NCBI GenBank assembly: GCA_003141835.1
Contig: PLNR01000005.1
Coordinates: 126,289 to 190,288 of the forward strand
Direction: 5' to 3'
DNA: 64,000 nucleotides
DNA from: Candidatus Omnitrophota bacterium
GTDB lineage: Bacteria > Omnitrophota > Gorgyraeia > Pluralincolimonadales > Pluralincolimonadaceae
Part shown: positions 43,297 to 50,905 of the stretch, in pieces
Layout of the letters: every line of letters starts with the position of its first letter
Position numbering within the stretch: position 1 is the first letter of the stretch
The notes under the pieces: model-generated
What the model was told of the DNA's origin: nothing
Databases searched by the model: none
The model's input: the letters and a program-made list of their open reading frames with translations, nothing else
Made by a program: the position numbers and the translations under genes

Positions 43297-44435
43297 GCCC
43301 TGTAAACGCGCGCAAGATAGTGCCAAGCCGTCCGACATGGACCGAGATAGACCTCGACGCCATCGCCCATAATTATTACGCGATAAAGGCGCGCCTCTCG
43401 AAAGGGACGAACATCCTCGCCGTCGTGAAAGCGAACGCGTACGGCTACGGGATGACAGAGGTCGCGCGCCGGCTGCAGAAGGAGAAGGTCCCGTACTTGG
43501 GGGTAGCGTGCGTCGACGAGGGGATCACTCTCCGCCGCGCCGGTATAAGGACGCCGATACTTGTCCTTTCATCGGTCCTCCCGGAAGAAGCCGAGTCGGC
43601 GCTATATTACGACCTGACGCTTACCGTATGCGACAAGGTCCTTGCCGCGGCCATAGACAAGGCGGCGCGCAGCCTCAGGAAGCACGCGCTCATCCACGTA
43701 AAAGTCGATACCGGCATGGGCAGGCTGGGCGTGTGGTATGACGAGGCCGGACGCCTTATAAAAGACCTTATTAGTTTCAAGAATGTAGCCATTGAGGGGA
43801 TATTCACGCATTTCGCGAGCGCGGACGAAGAAGATGTCCGTTATACCGCCGCCCAGATAGAGAATTTCAGGCGCATCGCCACCGAGATGGAGATAAGCGG
43901 CATCGAGATCCAGTATGTGCACGCGGCGAACTCTGCCGGCGCGATGATGTACAAGGATTCCCATTTTAATATGGTGCGGCCCGGGCTGATGCTTTACGGT
44001 CTCTACCCGAACCAGAACCTGGCGAGGACCGTGAAATTAAAACCGGCTCTTTCGCTCAAAACGAGGATAATATACCTCAAGAAGACGCCGCCGGGCAGGT
44101 TTATCAGTTACGGCAGGACGCACATGACTGACAGGGAGACTATAATCGCCACGCTGCCGATAGGGTATGCCGACGGGCTTAACAGGCACCTCTCGAATAA
44201 AGGGGAAGTGCTCGTGCGCGGATGGCGCGCGCCGATAGTCGGCCGCATCTGCATGGACCACACGATGGTAGACGTCGGCGGGATAAAAGGCGCGAAGGTC
44301 GGGGATGAAGTCACGGTGATCGGTTCCCAGAAAGGCGAGACTATTACCGTCGAGGACATAGCTGAGCTTCTCGACACCATCCCGTACGAGGTCGTCTGCT
44401 GGATCTCCGCGCGCGTGCCCCGCATATATGTTTAA
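43293..44435 (+). CDS. alr: Alanine racemase
   Basis: AVVKANAYG, KVDTGMGRLG, THFA, GYADG, GRICMD. Confidence 0.96.
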   Translation: MSPVNARKIVPSRPTWTEIDLDAIAHNYYAIKARLSKGTNILAVVKANAYGYGMTEVARRLQKEKVPYLGVACVDEGITLRRAGIRTPILVLSSVLPEEAESALYYDLTLTVCDKVLAAAIDKAARSLRKHALIHVKVDTGMGRLGVWYDEAGRLIKDLISFKNVAIEGIFTHFASADEEDVRYTAAQIENFRRIATEMEISGIEIQYVHAANSAGAMMYKDSHFNMVRPGLMLYGLYPNQNLARTVKLKPALSLKTRIIYLKKTPPGRFISYGRTHMTDRETIIATLPIGYADGLNRHLSNKGEVLVRGWRAPIVGRICMDHTMVDVGGIKGAKVGDEVTVIGSQKGETITVEDIAELLDTIPYEVVCWISARVPRIYV

Positions 44436-45132
44436 TCCGAGTAAGGATAATCCCAGGAAATACGGCAAGGCGCCTTATACCGTCGCAGTCATCCACGGCG
44501 GGCCCGGAGGGGCCGGAGAAGTCGCGCCGGTCGCTCGCGAACTCTCATCGGAATACGGCATCCTCGAGCCGCTCCAGACGGCTGTTTCAGTCGACGGGCA
44601 GGTCGAAGAATTGAAGGCTGTCCTGGAGAAAGAAGCGGAACTTCCTGTCGTGTTAATAGGCCATTCGTGGGGAGCCTGGTTGAGCCTTATCCTTGCGGCA
44701 AAACATCCCTTGTTGGTAAAAAAGCTCATTCTTGTCGGAAGCGGGCCGTTCGAAGAGAAGTACGCCGCCGAGATATCAAGGGCCAGGCTTGACCGCATGG
44801 ATAAGGAAACAGTGCCTGACGCCTATGACCCGATCGAGGGTAAGCCTGAGCCGATCGATTATCAGGGGGATATATTCAATAGCGTATGGCCGGAAGCCGA
44901 GGAGTTAAGAAGCAGCGGAAGGCTGCTCGAGTTCGTGAAAGATATTAAATGTCCCGTTGTCGCCATTCATGGCGATTATGATCCGCATCCGGCCGAAGGC
45001 GTACAAAAGCCGCTATCGGCCATCCTTAAGGACTTCCGGTTTATCCTCCTTGATTATTGCGGCCATAAGCCGTGGATAGAAAAGGACGCGAGAGAGAAAT
45101 TTTTCGAGCTTCTCGAAAAAGAATTGAATTAA
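44428..45132 (+). CDS. Alpha/beta hydrolase
   Basis: HGGPG, GHSWG, HGDYD, CGHKPW. Confidence 0.88.
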   Translation: MFNPSKDNPRKYGKAPYTVAVIHGGPGGAGEVAPVARELSSEYGILEPLQTAVSVDGQVEELKAVLEKEAELPVVLIGHSWGAWLSLILAAKHPLLVKKLILVGSGPFEEKYAAEISRARLDRMDKETVPDAYDPIEGKPEPIDYQGDIFNSVWPEAEELRSSGRLLEFVKDIKCPVVAIHGDYDPHPAEGVQKPLSAILKDFRFILLDYCGHKPWIEKDAREKFFELLEKELN

Positions 45133-45277
45133 TATTTTCGGAAAATGTCTTACCGGCGACCTCAAGGGGCTATTATCTTACCGCTCAGGAGACTACAGGA
45201 TAATTTACCGGATATTCCACAAAGAGATAACGGTAATAATACTGACCGTAGCCCACAGGAAAGAAGTTTATAGGTAG
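45131..45277 (+). pseudogene. C-terminal half of a RelE/StbE-type toxin
   Basis: Startless frame GKCLTGDLKGLLSYRSGDYRIIYRIFHKEITVIILTVAHRKEVYR*; upstream in-frame stop at 45125. Confidence 0.8.
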
Positions 45278-45280
45278 CTA

Positions 45281-46582
45281 TTATTGTTTATCGGCAGTAG
45301 CGTAAAGCTTATCAAGCGGGCTCTGCGGCGCGTTAGAGATATCACGTATAACGTGAGTGTATATCATCGTTGTCTCGACGTGGCTGTGGCCTAAAAGCTC
45401 CTGGACTTCCCTGATATTTACCCCATTTAGCAGTAAATGCGTAGCGAAACTATGCCTTAAAGTGTGAACGGTGGCATGTTTTGCTATTCCCGCCTTTTTT
45501 ACCGCTTCAGACATCGCATCCTGTATTGTTTTTGGGCTCATATAGAAACGTCTTATCTTTCCGGTGTCGCGCTCGGGGGAGAGTTTTGCCGACGGGAAGG
45601 CGAATTGCCATCCGAAATCTTTGACAGCTTTCGGGTACTTGCGTTCAAGCGCGTCCGGCAGCCAGGCTTCCCCGTATCCGGCGGCGAGGTCTTTCTCGTG
45701 TATCTTTTTGACCTCTTTAAGGTGCGCACGCAATTCCGCCTTCAGATATTCCGGTAGGACGGTACTTCTGTCCTTATCGCCCTTGCCGCTTCTTATGAAT
45801 ATCATTCCCGCTTCAAAATCGATATCTTTTACCCGCAAGCACGTCAGTTCGGAAATGCGCATGCCAGTGCCGTATAATAGCTGCAGGATAAGCTTGTCCT
45901 TTCCTGTTACACTGTCAAATATCTCGCGGACCTCACTCTCGGTAAGAACGACGGGAAGTTTCGGGCCGCGTTTCGCACGGACCGCGCCTGCAATATCATC
46001 AAGCCCGATCATGAGCACATCCCTGAATAAGAACAAGAGGGCATTAAAGGCCTGGTTTTGGGAAGAGGAGGAGACCTTCTTTTTAATTGCAAGAAAGCTC
46101 AGGTAATCACGCACATCCTCGCTTGAAAGACCCGATTTTTGGATATCCTTTTTACGGACACCGACTAGATACTCAAAAAAACCTTTTGCCCAGTTAACAT
46201 AAGTGCGCTCAGTCTTGTATGAATAATGTTTAACCCTGATGGCTTTGCCCATCGCGATTATAATAGAAGCAGGATCTGACCTGTCGTTTATCTGGGATAG
46301 GGTTGAATTCGGACCGAGTTTCGCGGCACTCTTGTCAAACTGCTCAAAATAGAGCTTTAAAGCGGTTTCCGCCTGGTTCATCTGCCAGTTCGCGATCCCC
46401 GGGGAATCGGAGAGCTGCTCAAGGAATTTTCGTCTTTTTTCCTGAAAATCCGCGCCCTCATCCTCATCAGAAAAGGCGACGAATTTGCTTACCCAGCGAG
46501 CGTAGAAGGGGGCATGTTTTTCATCGGCAAAGCCTCTTGAAACCAGGAATTTCTGGAAATCAGGCAGGATATCTACAAACAT
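45281..46582 (-). CDS. intI: Integron integrase IntI (long form, about 433 aa)
   Basis: Tyrosine recombinase residues GMRISE, GKGDKDR, HTLRHSFATH, LGH, TMIYTH; integron-specific insertion LPDALERKYP..WQFAFPS; ATG 46582 after GGGGAG SD. Confidence 0.96.
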   Translation of the reverse strand: MFVDILPDFQKFLVSRGFADEKHAPFYARWVSKFVAFSDEDEGADFQEKRRKFLEQLSDSPGIANWQMNQAETALKLYFEQFDKSAAKLGPNSTLSQINDRSDPASIIIAMGKAIRVKHYSYKTERTYVNWAKGFFEYLVGVRKKDIQKSGLSSEDVRDYLSFLAIKKKVSSSSQNQAFNALLFLFRDVLMIGLDDIAGAVRAKRGPKLPVVLTESEVREIFDSVTGKDKLILQLLYGTGMRISELTCLRVKDIDFEAGMIFIRSGKGDKDRSTVLPEYLKAELRAHLKEVKKIHEKDLAAGYGEAWLPDALERKYPKAVKDFGWQFAFPSAKLSPERDTGKIRRFYMSPKTIQDAMSEAVKKAGIAKHATVHTLRHSFATHLLLNGVNIREVQELLGHSHVETTMIYTHVIRDISNAPQSPLDKLYATADKQ

Positions 46583-46636
46583 TTTTTCTCCCCAAAAGTA
46601 CAAAAACCCATAAATTACGAATTCGTATTTCCTGCT

Positions 46637-46664
46637 ATTATAGGCCAAAGGCGAAATCTGTCAA
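46637..46664 (-). promoter_or_regulatory. Pint promoter of intI
   Basis: Minus strand TTGACA, 16 bp spacer, TATAAT (perfect hexamers). Confidence 0.75.
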
Positions 46665-46675
46665 CAAAAATTGTG

Positions 46676-46703
46676 TTGTAAAGTCAGGCGAAAATGGTAT
46701 ACT
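46676..46703 (+). promoter_or_regulatory. Pc cassette promoter
   Basis: TTGTAA, 16 bp spacer ending TGG, TATACT, about 50 bp upstream of attI. Confidence 0.65.
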
Positions 46704-46735
46704 CCCGTTTAGGGTAGAACAAAGACCCATAAACG

Positions 46736-46761
46736 ACGAATTCGTATATTATATGTTATGC
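46736..46761 (+). other. attI recombination site (core GTTATGC 46755-46761)
   Basis: GTTATGC is the exact reverse complement of the R'' box GCATAAC of the first attC; left boundary approximate. Confidence 0.85.
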
Positions 46762-46778
46762 ATAAAAATAAATAAAAA

Positions 46779-47519
46779 ATGGATGGAATAAAATTGTTTA
46801 AAACTCCGTATAAGCGTCCAGAGAAGTTCTCAAATCCCTATGATCATATCTCAGATAAAGAGCTTAAAGGGGTATTGGATACAGCCGATCTGGATATGGA
46901 TTGGTCTGACTATTGTATAATTTTCCATCTAACTCCTATCAGTTCATACCAAGAATCCTGTTATTTCCTTCCTTTTGCCCTTCAATATATCAATAATAAT
47001 CCGGATAATTCGTTAGATTGCTCTACGGAGATAATCTGGTTTATCTCAGAACATATCGGTAGCTTAAAAAAAGACGGTTTATTTGAAAAATGCGAGGATT
47101 CACTGAAGGCATGTTTAAATACCTGGACAAAAAATTTCGCTGTGGAGCACTTCGACAAGGAAGCCTGCCGTAAAAAAGAATGGGTCATAGATCATGACGA
47201 CGGAGTAGAAAATAGCCAATTACTCATAGAAAGTTTGGATGATATGGTCTTCTATGAATCTTTGGCGAATATTGCTTTTGATTTTATAGCAGAGATCCGT
47301 TCAAGCGAAACAGGCATACAATGCGCCTGGTATTTGGAGCTATGTAATATAAATAAAGTATACAATTGTTGTATTCAATGCGAAAAATTGAAAGAATTTC
47401 TAGCAGATCAAAAATACATAGATCGCTGTTCTGATATAGTTAAAAAAACATCTTTCATGGATCAAGTAACATCTCCCACCTATTGGAACGATGTATGCGG
47501 GAGACTAAATATTGCATAA
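46779..47519 (+). CDS. Cassette 1: hypothetical acidic, Cys-rich protein (246 aa)
   Basis: AT-rich ORF bounded by attI and attC1; stop codon lies in the R'' box. Confidence 0.8.
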   Translation: MDGIKLFKTPYKRPEKFSNPYDHISDKELKGVLDTADLDMDWSDYCIIFHLTPISSYQESCYFLPFALQYINNNPDNSLDCSTEIIWFISEHIGSLKKDGLFEKCEDSLKACLNTWTKNFAVEHFDKEACRKKEWVIDHDDGVENSQLLIESLDDMVFYESLANIAFDFIAEIRSSETGIQCAWYLELCNINKVYNCCIQCEKLKEFLADQKYIDRCSDIVKKTSFMDQVTSPTYWNDVCGRLNIA

Positions 47520-47588
47520 CATTTCACTCCAGCGGACGGCGCTGGCATCCTGTTCTAATGTCGCCGCCGCTGAGTTCAAACGTTGGCC
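47514..47588 (+). other. attC site 1
   Basis: R'' GCATAAC, L'' ACTCCAGCGGAC, L' GCCGCTGAGT, R' GTTGGCC; two extrahelical bases. Confidence 0.92.
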
Positions 47589-47599
47589 AAATAAATCAA

Positions 47600-48090
47600 A
47601 TGGATACAAAAACAGAAGAAAGATATGTAAGCATGAGATTAGCACATGGAGACATCACTAACGCAATCGACTTGCTCAATCGTGCCAGAAAGGAAAGTGA
47701 TAACTCCATCAAGTCTACTATAGTTCGGTATTGCATTATAGTATATGCAAAACCCTTTAAAATAAGCAGGGGAATCTTTCACGCCAAATTTATACCACTG
47801 AAGGAAGAAGCAGTTTTCCCTGGTGGAAATACGGATCATAAGGCACTGATTGTTGAGCGCGACGAGAGGATAGCCCACGGCGACATAAAATCGTTTTGCC
47901 CTAAGTTACACTACTGGTCTAGACCCGACATCTTCCCATCGTGCTTAAGTCCTCTCGTCTGTATGACAACATTGACAAACTCATCGACAAGATGTTGGTG
48001 CTATGCGATACCGTTCTGCAGTACTTGACCGACGAGATGAAGACCCTGGAGACCCTGTTTCGCGAACAGATTAAAAACACGCCTAACTAG
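47600..48090 (+). pseudogene. Cassette 2: HEPN-motif protein with one frameshift near 47935
   Basis: RDERIAH motif; alternative frame PIVLKSSRLYDNIDKLIDKML...KNTPN* ends exactly at the R'' box. Confidence 0.65.
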
Positions 48091-48143
48091 TGGGTGTAGC
48101 CAATCGCTGATAAATACGGCTCTAGCTGACCATCGTGTTGGCC
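48081..48143 (+). other. attC site 2 (different, degenerate family)
   Basis: R'' GCCTAAC, GGTGTAGC/GCTGACC imperfect L boxes, R' GTTGGCC. Confidence 0.7.
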
Positions 48144-48144
48144 G

Positions 48145-48173
48145 TAGATATTTAAATAACAATTTGATATAAT
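48145..48173 (+). promoter_or_regulatory. Cassette-internal promoter of the R-M cassette
   Basis: TAGATA, 17 bp spacer ending TGA, TATAAT; 6 nt before ATG 48180. Confidence 0.6.
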
Positions 48174-48179
48174 AAAACA

Positions 48180-48911
48180 ATGAAAACGAATGATACTATG
48201 AAGCATTTACCGGAGCAAGCGTCGAAGGCCGTTGCCCATTATTGGCAAACACGTGCAACTCAACGCAAGAAGCAGGAAAAGAGTGGCAAGGCAGACCAGG
48301 GGTCGCGTAGTGCAGTGACTGGCGGCGCCCATATGGATGGGTTTGTTACCCTTTTTGCTAACCTCATCATGCAAGGAGGTATACCCGAGCGGTTCATTTT
48401 TCGCAAAAAAACCATAGAATTACCAGGCTTTTTCAGGCCGACAAAAGAATGGGACCTGGTGGTTGTCCGGGATCGGGTTTTGATTGCAGCAATTGAAGCC
48501 AAATCACAAGTCGGACCATCCTTTGGAAACAATTTTAACAACCGAACAGAGGAGGCGATGGGCAGTGCGCTTGATCTCTGGACAGCTTATCGTGAAAAAG
48601 CCTATCTTGACAGCCCACAGCCATTTCTCGGTTATTTTTTTATGCTCGAAGACTGCGAAGCGGCTAACCGTCCGGTTAGCGTGCAAGAACCCCATTTCAA
48701 GGTTTTCCCTGAGTTCGTTGGTGCATCGTACATGCGTCGTTACGAGCTTTTCTGCCGCAAACTCGTTTTAGAGCGACACTATACTTCATCAGCATATATT
48801 ACGTCATCAGCAACAGAGGGTGTTCGAGGCGTTTTCAACACACCAGCGCCCGACCTTTCGATAGAACGATTTGCAAAATCTCTTGTTGCGCATGCTACCG
48901 CCGCAAGGTAA
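48180..48911 (+). CDS. Cassette 3: PaeR7I/XhoI-family type II restriction endonuclease
   Basis: LPGFFRPTKEWDL, IEAKSQVGPSFGNNFNNRTEEA, DLWTAYRE motifs. Confidence 0.88.
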   Translation: MKTNDTMKHLPEQASKAVAHYWQTRATQRKKQEKSGKADQGSRSAVTGGAHMDGFVTLFANLIMQGGIPERFIFRKKTIELPGFFRPTKEWDLVVVRDRVLIAAIEAKSQVGPSFGNNFNNRTEEAMGSALDLWTAYREKAYLDSPQPFLGYFFMLEDCEAANRPVSVQEPHFKVFPEFVGASYMRRYELFCRKLVLERHYTSSAYITSSATEGVRGVFNTPAPDLSIERFAKSLVAHATAAR

Positions 48912-48915
48912 TTCC

Positions 48916-49854
48916 ATGAAGGCTACCTCACATAGACTCGTAAATGGTGATTCCCGAGATTTATCTTTTTTAGATGACGAATCAGTGCATCTCGTAGTTA
49001 CATCCCCGCCATATTGGAGCTTAAAAAGATATAACGAAAATCCCAATCAGCTCGGTCACATTCAAGAATATGAAACATTTCTTTCTGAAACAGAGAAAGT
49101 ATGGCGTCATGCATTTCGTGTTCTAGTGCCAGGTGGTCGGCTTGTATGCGTCGTAGGAGATGTATGTGTATCACGCCGCAATTTTGGTCGCCACCTCGTT
49201 TTTCCGCTACACTCAGACATAAGCGTTATTTGTCGGAAAATTGGATTTGACAATTTGAATCCTATAATATGGCACAAGATCTCAAATGCGTCTTATGAAG
49301 TGGCAAATGGATCTAAGTTCCTCGGTAAGCCGTATGAACCAAATGCAATCATTAAAAATGATATAGAATTTATTTTGATGCAAAGGAAACCAGGGGGGTA
49401 TCGTAACCCAACTGATGCACAACGCATTGGGAGCAAGATTTCCAAAGTCGACTTTAATACTTGGTTTCAACAAATATGGAACATTCCCGGAGCGTCAACT
49501 AAACATCACCCAGCCCCATTTCCTTTAGAGTTGGCTAACCGTCTCGTGCGCATGTTCTCATTCGTAGGCGATACAGTACTCGATCCATTCTGCGGTTCGG
49601 GAACGACTATGGTTGCAGCCCTGAGAGCAGGCCGCAACAGTATAGGGGTTGAAATTGACCCCGAATATTCACGCATGGTTGCACGAAACTTAAAGGCTGA
49701 AATAGCCAATCTCTTTTCGAATGAATCTTTTATTTTTGAGAAGGCCGTAATAGAACATGATAACCTTATCAGAAAAGACGAAGAAATTTATCAAATTCGG
49801 CCAACAATTCACCGCAGCGGACGGCTTACGGCCGCCGCTGAGTTCAAACGTTAG
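48916..49854 (+). CDS. Cassette 3: beta-class N4/N6 DNA methyltransferase
   Basis: VTSPPY (motif IV) before HPAPFP and DPFCGSGTT (motif I); ATG 48916. Confidence 0.9.
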   Translation: MKATSHRLVNGDSRDLSFLDDESVHLVVTSPPYWSLKRYNENPNQLGHIQEYETFLSETEKVWRHAFRVLVPGGRLVCVVGDVCVSRRNFGRHLVFPLHSDISVICRKIGFDNLNPIIWHKISNASYEVANGSKFLGKPYEPNAIIKNDIEFILMQRKPGGYRNPTDAQRIGSKISKVDFNTWFQQIWNIPGASTKHHPAPFPLELANRLVRMFSFVGDTVLDPFCGSGTTMVAALRAGRNSIGVEIDPEYSRMVARNLKAEIANLFSNESFIFEKAVIEHDNLIRKDEEIYQIRPTIHRSGRLTAAAEFKR

Positions 49855-49856
49855 AA
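49799..49856 (+). other. attC site 3
   Basis: R'' GGCCAAC (complements cassette start GTTGGCC), CAGCGGACGGC-TTACG-GCCGCCGCTG stem, R' GTTAGAA. Confidence 0.9.
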
Positions 49857-49915
49857 ATAGAAATTGATATATTTCCCCACCATAAAATATCGATCAGAAT
49901 AAACATAAATAATAC

Positions 49916-49944
49916 TTGACAAACAGAATAATTATACGTATATT
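49916..49944 (+). promoter_or_regulatory. brnTA promoter with overlapping palindromic operator
   Basis: TTGACA, 17 bp spacer, TATATT; palindrome TATACGTATA at 49933-49942. Confidence 0.7.
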
Positions 49945-49950
49945 GTATGT

Positions 49951-50238
49951 ATGAATCTGATTAGATTCGAGTGGGATGATAGCAAGAGTAAGCAAAATAA
50001 AAAGAAGCATGGCATATCATTTGAGGAAGCGCAGAGCGTATTTTACGATGAGCGCGCTATTCAATATTACGACCCGGATCATTCCAAAGATGAAGACAGA
50101 TTTATAATGCTTGGAATGAGTATCAAAACAAGAGTTCTGGTTGTCTGCCATTGCTATAGGAAGAATGGCGCGAGGGTAAGGATAATATCAGCGAGAAAAG
50201 CCGAAAAAAATGAGGAAAACGAATATTGGAGGAGATAA
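49951..50238 (+). CDS. brnT: BrnT-family toxin
   Basis: FEWDDSK..N.KKHGISFEEA, EDRF, RIISARKA. Confidence 0.92.
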   Translation: MNLIRFEWDDSKSKQNKKKHGISFEEAQSVFYDERAIQYYDPDHSKDEDRFIMLGMSIKTRVLVVCHCYRKNGARVRIISARKAEKNEENEYWRR

Positions 50239-50239
50239 A

Positions 50240-50455
50240 ATGAGAGCACATTATGAATTTTCGAAGATGCGTGGCCGTCGCAACCCGTATATTAAGTATT
50301 TGAAACAGCCTGTCACTATCCGGCTGGACAAGAATACTGTGGCGTATTTCAAGGCGCTTTCTGATAAGGTCGGGATGCCGTATCAGAACCTGATAAACCT
50401 TTATCTAAGGGACTGTGCTTTTTCGCATAAAAAGCTTCATTTGAAGTGGTTGTAG
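50240..50455 (+). CDS. brnA: BrnA/CopG-like antitoxin
   Basis: YEFSK..RNPY, KQPVTIRLD, YFK, PYQNLINLYLR; ATG 50240 after GGAGGAG. Confidence 0.88.
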   Translation: MRAHYEFSKMRGRRNPYIKYLKQPVTIRLDKNTVAYFKALSDKVGMPYQNLINLYLRDCAFSHKKLHLKWL

Positions 50456-50463
50456 GGAAAAGT

Positions 50464-50590
50464 ATGAGAAAGATCAAATTAACCGAAGAGGAAAGAGAAA
50501 TCGAAGAAGCTTTGTTGAAAGATGAATGTGTTGATATTGGCAGAAATGAATTTAAATAAATAGCTGATGCTATTGCTTCACGGAAAAGCG
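50464..50590 (+). pseudogene. Remnant of a second antitoxin-like gene
   Basis: MRKIKLTEEEREIEEALLKDECVDIGRNEFK*IADAIASRK with in-frame TAA at 50557; resembles the N-terminus of CopG-like antitoxins (from recall). Confidence 0.5.
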
Positions 50591-50621
50591 CAATCAAATT
50601 CAAACTTTGCAGGAAATCATC

Positions 50622-50882
50622 ATGAAGGACTGGGATTACAGAGTTATAAAAAAGTATGATGCCAAATTAGGAGATGAGTCCCATCAGATTCACGAGGTTT
50701 ATTACCGAGAGGATGGAACCATAGATGCTTGGACGGAGTCGCCAGTGCAGCCTTATGGGGATACGCCAGAAGAGTTGCGGGAGGATATTAGGTTTTTTCT
50801 TCAGGCATTCCATCATCCAGTTTTAAAGTTACAATCAGTCGATGGTAGACAAAATCTCATTGAAGATGCCGATGTGCTATAA
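50622..50882 (+). CDS. Small hypothetical protein (WDYRV...IHEVYY type)
   Basis: AGGA SD, ATG 50622, 86 aa acidic ORF. Confidence 0.75.
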   Translation: MKDWDYRVIKKYDAKLGDESHQIHEVYYREDGTIDAWTESPVQPYGDTPEELREDIRFFLQAFHHPVLKLQSVDGRQNLIEDADVL

Positions 50883-50905
50883 TAATATCTTCTTTAAACT
50901 AAGAA

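Noticed and set aside
46583-46648. Extended intI start at 46648 from the ORF track
   Set aside because: It overlaps the Pint promoter; ATG 46582 has a good SD
46303-46791. 162-aa + strand ORF spanning the intI 5' end and attI
   Set aside because: Antisense to intI and crosses both promoters; no coding signal apart from the final mini-ORF noted above
47483-47599. N-terminal extension of the cassette 2 ORF
   Set aside because: It runs through cassette 1 and attC1 and crosses the cassette boundary
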